Notes under the pieces: model-generated
What the model saw: the letters and a program-made list of their open reading frames with translations, nothing else
What the model was told of the DNA's origin: nothing
Database searches by the model: none
Part shown: in pieces, positions 12,555 through 23,822 of the stretch
Layout: every line of letters starts with the position of its first letter
How positions within the stretch are numbered: position 1 is the stretch's first letter
Assembly: GCF_001194135.2 (NCBI RefSeq)
Contig: NC_068982.1
Span: 136,788,116 to 136,838,056, forward strand
Origin: Octopus bimaculoides
Taxonomy: Eukaryota
DNA: 49,941 nt
Reading direction: 5' to 3'
Translations under genes and position numbers: made by a program

Positions 12555-12928
12555 CTGTTGTTGGCACTCCGTCGCTTACGACGTCGAGGGTTCCACTTGA
12601 TCCGATCAACGGAACAGCCTGCTCGTGAAATTAACGTGCAAGTGGCTGAGTACTCCACTGACACGTGTACTCTTAACGTAGTTCTCGGGGATATTCAGCC
12701 TGACACAGCTGGCCCTTTGAAATACAGGTACAACAGAAACAGGAAGTAAGAGTGAGAGAAAGTTGTGGTGAAAGTACAGCGGGGTTCGCCACCATCTCCT
12801 GCTCGAGCCTCGTGGAGCTTTAGGTATTTTAGCTCAATAAACACTCACAACGCCCGGTCTGGGAATCGAAACCGCGATCCTATGACCGCGAGTCCGTTGC
12901 CCTAACCACTGGGCCAGTGCGCCTCCAC
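12555..12928 (-). mobile_element. SINE group A, full length, 9-bp TSD
   Basis: Minus-strand head ggaggcgcactggcccagtggttagggc (A box)...ggtttcgattccc (B box), and a gtgccaacaaca tail. TSD cgaatgata at 12546-12554 and 12929-12937. Confidence 0.9.
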
Positions 12929-13017
12929 CGAATGATATTACATATATGAATAAAAACATTTTAATTTCAGTTGAACCGTTTATTTTGTCCCCTTTTTTTC
13001 TCCGCCTAATTAGGCAC

Positions 13018-13458
13018 TTACGTATCCAACATCCGGGCTACTTTCTTCCATCTTTTTTCGCACTTTTTTAATGCCATGCATTTCTTCTCCAGACGTGCTT
13101 TCCTTCTTAGGCGATATAAAAAGAGGTTAACCAAAGCATGCCCGAGGACCAAAGTGCCTGATGCAATACCTCTTCCACGCGTCTTCAATATTACCTCTTT
13201 CGCTATAGCAATTACGGCTAGAGAGCAGAATTTCTCTTCTCCTTTTAGAGGAGACAGCGGGACGATCTTAATAATCGATTCGGCTGACAGATGTACTCTC
13301 CGTAGCTGTCACAATACTCGTTCGGCAGAAACCCAGAGGTCCGAGAGACTCGGACACTGTACGATTGCATGCAGAACAGTTTCGTTGCTCTACCCGCAAC
13401 GTGGGCACGTAGGCGAAGCCGTGACACCGTGCCTCAGCTCCCCCACTTTCTCTGACCG
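13018..13458 (-). mobile_element. Tx1/L1-clade ORF2 C-terminal remnant (CCHC), with two in-frame stops
   Basis: RSEKVGELRHGVTASPTCPRCG*SNETVLHAIVQCPSLSDLW...LSAESIIKIVP...AIAKEVILKTR...RWKKVARMLDT*. C-x2-C-x8-H-x4-C knuckle typical of L1/Tx1 ORF2; an AATAAA follows on the minus strand. Confidence 0.75.
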
Positions 13459-13787
13459 CTACTGTTTAAATGTAATGGTGGTGATAGTGGCAGAGTATGA
13501 GAGAGATTATTACTGCTTGGAAAACATCCACAAATCTCTATTCAAACATATCTGAAGCAAAAGAATTCACTGATCAAGTAAATCAGCCATTTTTAGTAAG
13601 GTACTTCGAGATTTGTAAGGTTTCTTGACTGCCATCAGATTGATTCAAACAGTGTCTGCTTTTTTTTTTTTTTTTTTTGAGACATTTTTAGCGAAGTATC
13701 TCTCCACGCCTTTTAATTCTCTTTATACACACACGAAAGCACACACGCACAAACGTAAGGTATATAACTTATGTATGTGCATACATG

Positions 13788-14176
13788 AGGAGGCGCAATG
13801 GCTCAGTGGTTAGGGCAGCGGACTCGTGGTCATAGGATCGCGGTTTCGATTCCCAGACCGAGCGTTGTGAGTGTTTATTGAGCGAAAACACCTAAAGCCC
13901 CACGAGGCTCCGGCAGGGGATGGTGGCAAACCCTGCTGTACTCTTTCACCACAACTTTCTCTCACTCTTACTTCCTGTTTCTGTTGTGCCTGTAATTCAA
14001 AGGGTCAGCCTTGTCACACTCTGTGTCACGCTGAATCTCCCCGAGAACTACGTTAAGGGTGCACGTGTCTGTGGAGTGCTCAGCCACTTGCACGTTAATT
14101 TCACGAGCAGGCTGTTCTGTTGATCGGATCAAGTGGAACCCTCGACGTCGTAAGCGACGGAGTGCCAACAACAACA
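13788..14176 (+). mobile_element. SINE group A, full length, 13-bp TSD
   Basis: aggaggcgcaatggctcagtggttagggcagcggactcg...ggtttcgattccc...gagtgccaacaacaaca. TSD atgtgcatacatg at 13775-13787 and 14177-14189. Confidence 0.9.
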
Positions 14177-14207
14177 ATGTGCATACATGCATACATGCAT
14201 ACATACA

Positions 14208-14239
<32 letters not shown>

Positions 14240-14791
14240 CATTCGAAGCGACAAGTCGCGTATTTGGCGTAGGAGACTATTTATCGAAAATACGATGAAT
14301 ACTATCTCCAACTCGGGAGCCACAACTATCAGCCTTGTTAAATAACTGGTTAATCTTCAGATGAATTAACTGAGAGAGCCTTTTATTCACGATCGTAATG
14401 ATTTTCGACTGAAACCTGAATTTATTATACAGAGAGTTACTACAAACAACTTGGCTGGACACAGCATAACAGAATCGAGAAACAGAACGAAAACAACAGT
14501 TCAACAGATAAACAAATTCTTTCTAGCTGTAGTTATAGAAGAAGTTGTATGAGCATGTCTAGATATGTAGCTATATGCATGAGAATACGTACATAAAACA
14601 TACAAATCTGTACATACATACATACATACATACATACATACGAACAAAAATACCCCGTTGTTGATGTGGAAATTCCACTGAAGGAATCTTGAATCTAAAT
14701 AAGAAACTGGTTCTTTCTTACGTGNNNNNNNNNNNNNNNNNNNNNNNNNNNNNNNNNNNNNNNNNNNNNNNNNNNNNNNNNNNNNNNNNNN

Positions 14792-15002
14792 GGGGTAGGC
14801 ATGTATGTATTTGTGTGTCTGTTTGTCTCCCTACCATCGCTTAACAACCGATCTTGGTGTGTTTATGTTCACATAACTTACCGTTTCGGCAAAAAGAGAC
14901 CGATAGAATAAGTACTAGGCTTACAAAGAATAAGTTTTGGGGTCAAGTTATTTGACTCCAGTATGGCCGCAGTTAAATGACAAATACAAGTAAAAGAATA
15001 CA
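14792..15002 (+). mobile_element. SINE group C, 3' half after a gap
   Basis: ccatcgcttaacaaccgatcttggtgtgttt...ggcaaaaagagaccgatagaataagtactaggcttacaaagaataag. Confidence 0.8.
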
Positions 15003-15420
15003 AATGTGTTTAATATGTAATTAGTGACTATTGTAGCAATGAGTTCGTGGATCGTTAATGGGCTGAATTTGGCACTGAAGTAAGAACAAGGACTCCTGAA
15101 TTATGCATATACACCTCTTACTTTTTTTTCTATTTTCGATCGCATTGTTTACATAAACGTATTCGTACATGAAACGTCGTAACTTTCAGTGTTGACTCTA
15201 AATTCGATAGATAGAAAAAATGTGTTTGCATATATGCAATAAAATTCCTCTAGAGAAGAAAACCTAAGATAACTATCACCTTATCCATAATTAGTACACC
15301 AATTAAGGCTAATCACACAATATCGATGTACGGTATGATATAAACACCAAAACCGCCATAAACCATAAAACCTTTAACAATTTCAACCGGACGAGAATGA
15401 AGGGCCTAGAACAATATATT

Positions 15421-15618
15421 CTTTTCTATTCTAGGCACATGGCCCCGAATTTTTGGAGAGGGGAGCAGTTGATTAGATCGACCCCGGTACGTAATTGGTA
15501 TTTAATTTATCGACCCCGAAGTGATGAAAGGCTAAGTCGACCTCGGTGGAATTTGAACTCAGAACATAAAGATAGACGAAATACGCTAAGCATTTCGCCC
15601 AGCATGCTAACGATTCTT
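15421..15618 (-). mobile_element. SINE group B, 5'-clipped copy (tail type 1)
   Basis: gatgaaaggctaagtcgacctcggtggaatttgaactcagaac; minus-strand tail ...aaaaattcggggccatgtgcctagaatagaaaag. Confidence 0.85.
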
Positions 15619-15629
15619 AAAATAATATA

Positions 15630-15863
15630 TTTATTTCTTTATTGCCCACAGGGGGCTAAACATAGAGAGGAAAAACAAGGACAGACAAAGGGATTAAGTC
15701 GATTACATCGGCCCCAGTGTGTAACTGGTACTTATCTAATCGACTCCGAAAGGATGAAAGGCAAAGTCGACCTCGGCGGAATTTGAACTCAGAACGTAAT
15801 GACAGACGAAACACTGCGAAGCATTTCGCCCCGCGTGCTAACGATTCTGCTTGCTCGCCACCT
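15630..15863 (-). mobile_element. SINE group B, full copy (tail type 2)
   Basis: ggatgaaaggcaaagtcgacctcggcggaatttgaactcagaacg; minus-strand tail ccctttgtctgtccttg...ccccctgtgggcaataaaagaaataa. Confidence 0.85.
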
Positions 15864-16124
15864 TCCTAGAATAATATATTAAAATGTCACTGATAACAAG
15901 CTGATCCAATACAAACATCCATTATATGCTGCCTAGCGCATATTATAACAGTTTCGACAACAAGGCGGCAGCATTCAATCCAGTGACGTCACCAGCGTTA
16001 AAAATCATAATCCCTTCTGGTCTCATTAAAAGTATAAGCCGCCATAGCTCAAAGATCATAGCACTGATCTTGCAAAATACGAGTTTGTGTGTTCAGGTTT
16101 CTCTACAGAATTTCATGTAAGTAT

Positions 16125-16250
16125 ACCACATAGCTAAATGCATAACAATTTTGCTTCGCAGTCACAAGTCCCTGGTTCAGTTCCACTGCGTAATATTTTG
16201 GGTAAATTTGTATTTACAATAGCTTCGGTTCGACTCAAGCTTTTTGCGTG
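16125..16250 (+). mobile_element. SINE group C, degenerate 5' head
   Basis: ggttcagttccactgcgtaatattttgggtaaat...atagcttcggttcgac resembles the C head/core (ggttcagtcccactgcgtggcaccttgggcaag). Confidence 0.5.
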
Positions 16251-17006
16251 AAAAATACGGATGTCCATCGAGTGGATCGTGTCTGCATTATAAAGTATTT
16301 GTTATACCAGTATTGTCACATCCTATGTCACACTGACTCAGCCACAAAATTAGTTTAAGTTTGTATATATGTCTGTGACTGAATACTCATCGTCGAAAAC
16401 GGTGAAGACTGATTTACATTTGAGTTCTAGTTTAAAATCACAAGTATCTAGTTGATACGTAGAAATTCATATAAATATTTAAAATTTCCTTTTACATATG
16501 TTCCTGAAAATATTACGACAGAAACTGTGCATACAGATTAGTAACAAAAGTAAAATAAAAGTCAGCTACAATAAAATATAGAATTATAGCAACAGTGTTT
16601 GGAATATGAATATATTAAAGCACTGGCTGTAAGCGCTGATAGTTATTGTCAGAACTGCAAGAAGAAAGAACAAAAATGAACGGTAGCTGGTTTAATTGAA
16701 ACTTCGATACATAAACATCAGTACAAACGCACAAAAGAAAACATCATTATATTCTGTTTCCACAGAGGTAAACTTATTGTTTATGGTAACAGAAAACAAT
16801 AACACTTGCAACAACAATATCAGAAAGGTAACTAATTAAGAACGGCAGTTATTCTCAAGAGACTAGAATGAAAAAAAATTATTATACAAAATATAAACAA
16901 TAACATCAAACATGACATTGATACGTTTACATGATGGAACTATATAAACATTTTCAGATTTTCTTTTATATATTATCATGTGTATAAGTGTGTGTGCATG
17001 AATATA

Positions 17007-17037
<31 letters not shown>

Positions 17038-18028
17038 GTATATATATATNNNNNNNNNNNNNNNNNNNNNNNNNNNNNNNNNNNNNNNNNNNNNNNNNNN
17101 NNNNNNNNNNNNNNNNNNNNNNNNNNNNNNNNNNNNNNNNNNNNNNNNNNNNNNNNNNNNNNNNNNNNNNNNNNNNNNNNNNNNNNNNNNNNNNNNNNNN
17201 NNNNNNNNNNNNNNNNNNNNNNNNNNNNNNNNNNNNNNNNNNNNNNNNNNNNNNNNNNNNNNNNNNNNNNNNNNNNNNNNNNNNNNNNNNNNNNNNNNNN
17301 NNNNNNNNNNNNNNNNNNNNNNNNNNNNNNNNNNNNNNNNNNNNNNNNNNNNNNNNNNNNNNNNNNNNNNNNNNNNNNNNNNNNNNNNNNNNNNNNNNNN
17401 NNNNNNNNNNNNNNNNNNNNNNNNNNNNNNNNNNNNNNNNNNNNNNNNNNNNNNNNNNNNNNNNNNNNNNNNNNNNNNNNNNNNNNNNNNNNNNNNNNNN
17501 NNNNNNNNNNNNNNNNNNNNNNNNNNNNNNNNNNNNNNNNNNNNNNNNNNNNNNNNNNNNNNNNNNNNNNNNNNNNNNNNNNNNNNNNNNNNNNNNNNNN
17601 NNNNNNNNNNNNNNNNNNNNNNNNNNNNNNNNNNNNNNNNNNNNNNNNNNNNNNNNNNNNNNNNNNNNNNNNNNNNNNNNNNNNNNNNNNNNNNNNNNNN
17701 NNNNNNNNNNNNNNNNNNNNNNNNNNNNNNNNNNNNNNNNNNNNNNNNNNNNNNNNNNNNNNNNNNNNNNNNNNNNNNNNNNNNNNNNNNNNNNNNNNNN
17801 NNNNNNNNNNNNNNNNNNNNNNNNNNNNNNNNNNNNNNNNNNNNNNNNNNNNNNNNNNNNNNNNNNNNNNNNNNNNNNNNNNNNNNNNNNNNNNNNNNNN
17901 NNNNNNNNNNNNNNNNNNNNNNNNNNNNNNNNNNNNNNNNNNNNNNNNNNNNNNNNNNNNNNNNNNNNNNNNNNNNNNNNNNNNNNNNNNNNNNNNNNNN
18001 NNNNNNNNNNNNNNNNNNNNNNNNNNNN

Positions 18029-18087
<59 letters not shown>

Positions 18088-18261
18088 CTTTTTCTTAACC
18101 TCAATCTATGTATTTATCTATATAGATAGATAAATAGATAGATTGATAGATTGATAGAAAGAGAGAGAGACAGACACAGACACAGATAGACAGACAAGCA
18201 AGAATCTGGATAGATACATAGATACACAGAAATAAATAAATACATATATATATGCATAAGT

Positions 18262-19800
18262 AATATTCGCAGCTACTTTAACATAGCTGTCGGTTCGAGC
18301 GGACTCTACTGCGATATTTTAACCCCAAGAGGACATCCCCTCTAGCTGGACAGTGTCACGTGACAACTTGCTGTGGCAGCCTGCTGGAGCCTAGCAGCAG
18401 GTATAAAAAGGGGAATTTGACATGACAATCAGTCGGACGCTGACAACTTGTTGATGCTGCATCGAAGAGGCCAGGGAATAGAAGAAAGAAGACATGCACC
18501 CAACACCAGAGCTGGAGACACCTCCGAAAGGGGGGCCCCGCCACGTCAAAACGGCTGAGGAGTAGGGGCCGAAACCGGACGTGGTTCCTCCTGATGATGT
18601 CTTGAGCTAACTGGATCCTATAAAGGAGCTGTTGTGGTAGCAGACCACGAAACATGGTTGAAATTCTATNNNNNNNNNNNNNNNNNNNNNNNNNNNNNNN
18701 NNNNNNNNNNNNNNNNNNNNNNNNNNNNNNNNNNNNNNNNNNNNNNNNNNNNNNNNNNNNNNNNNNNNNNNNNNNNNNNNNNNNNNNNNNNNNNNNNNNN
18801 NNNNNNNNNNNNNNNNNNNNNNNNNNNNNNNNNNNNNNNNNNNNNNNNNNNNNNNNNNNNNNNNNNNNNNNNNNNNNNNNNNNNNNNNNNNNNNNATGTC
18901 TTGAGCTAACTGGATCCTAATCCACCAAGGGAAGGTATGTCAGAAGAAAGTAATTCAACAAATCGGGTGATGAACCGTAAGACGTGTGGCCAGAACCTCC
19001 TGGAAAATAACCATAGCGAGGGACATTCCACAGTTCAATTAGAACAGTCACAAACAGTGAAAGAAGACATGCACCCAACACCAGAGCTGAAGACACCTCC
19101 GAAAGGAGGGGCCCCGCCACGTCAAAACGGTAGAAGAGTAGGGGCCGAAACCGGACGTGGTTCCTCCTGATGATGTCTTGAGCTAACTGGATCCTATAAA
19201 GGAGCTGTTGTGGTAGCAGACCACGAAACATGGTTGAAATTCTATTCTTCTCAGCTGCATCCGATAAAATTGCGAGCAAGGGAGCGAACCCCTACTATCT
19301 CCTGGCGACGGGACCAGTAGACCAGACCTTGTTTCGGGTTATTTCTGTCACTCCTCAGTGCTGGACACCTCGTCTGCCAGAAATGATAGCAGCGCGCTTC
19401 TGTACGCAATATATATGTTTCAAGCGAACAAACTGTCGCTGATTTTGTAACAAGCAAAAATGCTAGTTCTAAAATCTCTCTAAGAGACAGAATCAGCAGA
19501 TGGACTGACAAGAAATATTCGTAGCCACTTTAACATAGTTGTCTGTTCCAGCGGACTCTACTACGATTTTTTAACCCCAAGAGGACATCTCTTCTAGCTG
19601 GTTAACGATGCACAGCTGTATCTCCCTTGTCGTAGGGAGGGAACCTGCTTTCCTTATCAGCCGTTAGAAAAGTACTCTCACGTAGCTAAGAGTTGTTTTG
19701 CCTCTTATTTCTAGTACAGATGCACTTGTTGCCTATCGGTTCTAAATTGCGAATAACCACCGTAATATTTTATAATTCTCACTTCACCATTTTCAACATC
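18262..19800. repeat. GC-richer composite repeat: 88-bp direct repeats flanking a ~1.15-kb LTR-like insert with internal 186-bp duplication
   Basis: 18262-18349 resembles 19514-19601 (~9 mismatches by eye), and 18484-18669 resembles 19059-19245 (~5 differences). The insert starts TGTCA (18354), ends TGACA (19510) and has TATAAAA at 18402. No TSD seen. Confidence 0.6.
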
Positions 19801-19906
19801 AGTCGATGTTTCCTATGGTGTTCTTTTGCACACTCTGTCACTTTAATGACAACTGTGATTGTTGCGTCTGTGTGTGTGTGTATGGGCGTGTGTGTGTGTA
19901 TACGTT

Positions 19907-19972
<66 letters not shown>
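19907..19972. repeat. (GATA)n microsatellite
   Basis: Seen directly. Confidence 0.95.
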
Positions 19973-20440
19973 CAGAGACTAAATACATTCAGAAGATAAA
20001 CACGCATGTACAATCATAGATATATTTATATAGTGAAAAATAGATTTGTTTTTACAAAGAGTACAAAAAATACAGAAAACTAAAGGGAAAATATGTAGTT
20101 TTTTTTAACTCGACAGCTGTTTATGGGAGGTCGGAATTATGTAATAGTTGTAATGTATATAATTAGCAAACTGGAATTTGCAAAGCCTCATGCATTTGCA
20201 ACTAGTAGATGGACACATAGAGATATTATTGTCATACCGGTTTCCTTCATCAAGAAGGGAAAATTGGCAGGTAGTAGTTCTTACCGTGGTGCGAAAGATT
20301 TAAAGATCGAGTTAAAAAGGCTATGCATCCTCCTTTTGTTTTCTGTATTTTTTATGTACCATATAAAATTAAATTTATCTGTCAATATATATGTAAATAT
20401 CTCTATGCTTGTATGTATGTATTTATCTTTTGAAGCGCCT

Positions 20441-20441
20441 A

Positions 20442-20518
<77 letters not shown>

Positions 20519-20596
20519 TCACATACACACACACACACACACACGCACATACACACACACACACACACCCGCACACATATATATATATATATATAT
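20441..20596. repeat. (TA)n-(CA)n-(TA)n compound microsatellite
   Basis: Seen directly. Confidence 0.95.
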
Positions 20597-21110
20597 CAGT
20601 TGAATAAAGTTACAGCATGGTCTGGTTTACACGTTTTTTATTAATGTATTTAAATATGTTTTGCAATGTTGAAGGTTGTCAAACATTAAAAAACGATATT
20701 TAGTAATGTTCATAAAGTTCAATTAGCGCTTTCATGCATTCGTAGTAATAATTAGATTTCAAAATGTATTGACTGACAGCTGGGTTGAGTGGTTGACAAC
20801 TGTAGTAAAATTACTGACTCCTTCCTTTTTATACGTTTTAGAAGAATCCGAGAAGCTGAATATTTTGGATATGGTTTTGACCCGTTAACATGCAACTTTT
20901 GGCGGGTGTGCCGATATTATTGGCATAGATTCCGCTTTTATTTTAATCGATTAGCTTGTGGTTTACATATAATGGTTTTATGAGTGAGCAAACCTAGTTG
21001 GTTTCGATCGTTTTTATTTCATTCGGTGGGAGTCTTCTGTAATTTGTTTATATTCATATGTTAAAGATATTTTAAAATCCACATCATTAATTGGTTGTTA
21101 TATAATTGTT

Positions 21111-21498
21111 GTTATTTCTGTTCAGAACAGGTCTGAACATTTTAATGAAACGTCTTTCTTCCAACCTCACTTCTGTCATGTAGTTTCTAGAAAGGAAAAA
21201 TTCGAAACATTTTCTGACCACATGTTTCTATATGTTCCCTCAATGGAATCTGGCGAATATTAGTGTTCCGAATTTGTTGTCTGTGAACTCGTGAGCGTTC
21301 CGATAATGCATTCCCTGTCTCGCTAATGTATAGTTCCTCGCAATTAGGGCATTTGATACGGTAGATCAGATTTCTGCTTTTGCAGTTCATATCTGCATTT
21401 GTGAAAATCTGTCTATTTTGTATTCTAATGGATCTACCAGTCTGCATGTATTGACACGTTCCACATCTGTTATCATTACATTTGGATACTGTGACATG
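21111..21498 (-). mobile_element. Penelope-like element (PLE) GIY-YIG endonuclease remnant with Cys-rich linker
   Basis: VSKCNDNRCGTCQYMQTG...MNCKSRNLIYRIKCPNCEELYISETGNALSERSRVHRQQIR...EHIETC...FPF*KL, then frameshifted MTEVRLEERRFIKMFRPVLN. It shows the GIY/YIG-like LIY...YISET, the CCHH residues and the terminal P-x-LN typical of PLE endonucleases. Confidence 0.85.
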
Positions 21499-21829
21499 AG
21501 AATATCTCCTGTCTTAAAAGACTGATATATGATCCTGAAACTTCTGTAAGAGTTAAGTTTCATGTAGTAACTTAACGCAAATTTGAACTCCAAATGTATT
21601 CGCAAATTAAGAGGGAATATACAGGTAAGTTAAACCTTGTATATAAGTAGTAGTTTGTATAAATGTAGTTTGATTGTCGGTATATTTATGGTTATGCATA
21701 AGATACTGAATAGAAAATGCTTGAGAAATAAAGTCTACTTAACTATTTAAAACCTGAAACGGTGGATAATTAAATCAACGAATTGAAATAATGAGTTTTA
21801 GCAAATGGAAACGGTTCGTATTGAAATGC

Positions 21830-22308
21830 ATAATTAGCATATGCTAATGAGATTACTGTTAATAAAATGTCTGTTTATACCCATGAAACATTTTCCATCG
21901 AATTTCGGCATTTTTCATCAAATTGAAATCTCTATCAATGGGTAGGACCAATTTGACGAAAAAATTAACAGTTCCTCGTAGCGAACGCGTGTCGTCATCC
22001 TTTTTGTGCATGTGTGTAAAAGACTTTTTTCGTCTCAACCCATCCTTAGCGCATATTCCATCTGTGTATAAAATATCAAGAAAATCGGTTGAAAAATTTA
22101 AAAGTTATGGCAGAAAATAACATTCATATGAGTATTTGCATTGAAATGTCCTATTAATTTTTAAAAAATCAATGCTGATTAAAAATAATCGATTTTTTTT
22201 TTTTAATTCCAAATGCGTAAGTGACCGCATGGACATAAGCCCCTCACACGTGTCAAGTTTCATCAAGATCGGTTGGATAGTCTCGGAGGAATTAAAGTAA
22301 CAAATTCA

Positions 22309-22359
<51 letters not shown>

Positions 22360-22385
22360 ATAGAAATTGCCATTTATGTTTATAG
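21830..22385 (+). mobile_element. Helentron/HINE (DINE-1-like) non-autonomous element, tentative
   Basis: aagtttcatcaagatcggttggatagt...acaaa-(CA)n-caaacagatagaaattgccatttatgtttatag: the 'aagtttcatc..atcgg + microsatellite + tttatg/ata tag' layout; palindrome attagcatatgctaat near 21833. Boundaries uncertain. Confidence 0.4.
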
Positions 22386-22452
22386 CTACACACACATTCA
22401 TATGTGTGCATATGTATCCGTATGTATGTCTGCGTGTCTATGCTTTTATTTT

Positions 22453-22585
22453 TGCAGTGGCCTTAGAAAGGACATTCTTTGATAATCCGTGTGAGAGATC
22501 AACAGGAGAGGTTTATAGAGGAAAAGATGGACGGGCAGCGTCAAGGAATGGACCAGTAAATTATTATCAGAGATTCTAACTTTCG
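22453..22585 (+). mobile_element. RTE-clade LINE 3' ORF remnant
   Basis: CSGLRKDIL**SV*EINRRGL*RKRWTGSVKEWTSKLLSEIL resembles the RTE terminal motif K.ILQG.VEG.RRRGR.RKRW.D.IKEWT. Confidence 0.6.
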
Positions 22586-22974
22586 TGCACACACCACCCC
22601 CAAATTTACCACTATATTCAATCAATACCTTCTCCTTATCTACCATTCTGTTCCAACTCCCCTTCTGTATATCTTCTTCGCTGTGGATATCGTTATATAA
22701 AGAACTTTACCCTTACAACAAATTAAGTCCCTGACGAGCTTTCAGGTGAAACAAAATGTTTATTCATTATTTATGACAAAATCTGTATCATTGTGTATAT
22801 GTGTTTGTGTTGTGTATGGGCGTAAAGTAGATTCGTCAAGGAGTTTTAAACTTCGTTGCACATTAGCATTGTGATACCATAATTTCTAAAGGATAACATA
22901 AAACTATTGACTACTTAAGTTTGTAGGCCTCCCTTCCGTCAATTTGCATAGTAACGACTGCTACAAGCATTTCG

Positions 22975-23150
22975 TTTCAAATTTTAGCACAATGCCAGCA
23001 ATTTAAATGGAGGATAAAAATCGTTTACAATGACCCCAATGCTGAACTAGCAATTATGTTTTCCACCTCGGTGGAATTTCGAATCAGAACGGAATTTAGA
23101 GTCAGAAGTGGGAAGACGCCACAAAATATCGATTCTGGCAGACTCCTTTA
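22975..23150 (-). mobile_element. SINE group B, highly degenerate
   Basis: atgaccccaatgctgaactag...ccacctcggtggaatttcgaatcagaac...atcgattctggcagactcc. Confidence 0.5.
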
Positions 23151-23766
23151 GTGCTATGTATATTAACTTTATTACGACAGGGAAATCCCGTGTAAACCAG
23201 TGGTATACAAAGAATGCGTTTAATGTTGTACAACTAGTAGCAAAAAACTATACGATATAGATATACATATGTGAAAGGAAAATAGAGCTATTTTAGTCTT
23301 ACAAAATAATTTTATCACTTTTGTTGCTATTCTCGTCTATCAAGAAATAATTCCAGAACATTAAAAACAGGAAACTAGAATATATAATATTAAATGCAGA
23401 TTGAATCAGGAACTTCAATTGAAACATAGATATAGCAGCCTTAAAAAGAGAAAAATATTTCGGCATAGCAACAGATCTAGATTAAAAGACAGGAACTCGA
23501 AATCAATCAATATATATATCATTGTAGTGAACGGTAGAGCTTAAAACGTCATGAAATAAGGGGAAAGTACTTGTAGCTTGTCGTTTATCTAAGCACACTT
23601 TAATTGCAACACACACACATATATATATATTTCAAAAAATGAGTAGAGATGGCCTTGTGGGAGGAGGATAAATTTTAAATGGAAGGTATCCCCCCCCCCC
23701 ACCGAAAACAGCCATCTCTACTCATTTTTTCAATACTGCATGAAGAATTTCCTTTTGATTATTCTA

Positions 23767-23822
<56 letters not shown>

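Noticed and set aside
12850-12928. tRNA-like heads as real tRNA genes
   Set aside because: They have A/B boxes only, no complete cloverleaf, and are always attached to SINE bodies.
19321-19365. Minus-strand CTGAGGA...GAAACAAGGTC hammerhead-like string
   Set aside because: Stem II is only 1 bp, stem I only 2 bp and stem III is non-palindromic; consistent with chance.
22725-22765. CTGACGAG-ctttcag-gtGAAAC hammerhead-like core
   Set aside because: Stem I cannot form (gtcc versus tatt) and the triplet is GUU; at most a decayed relic.
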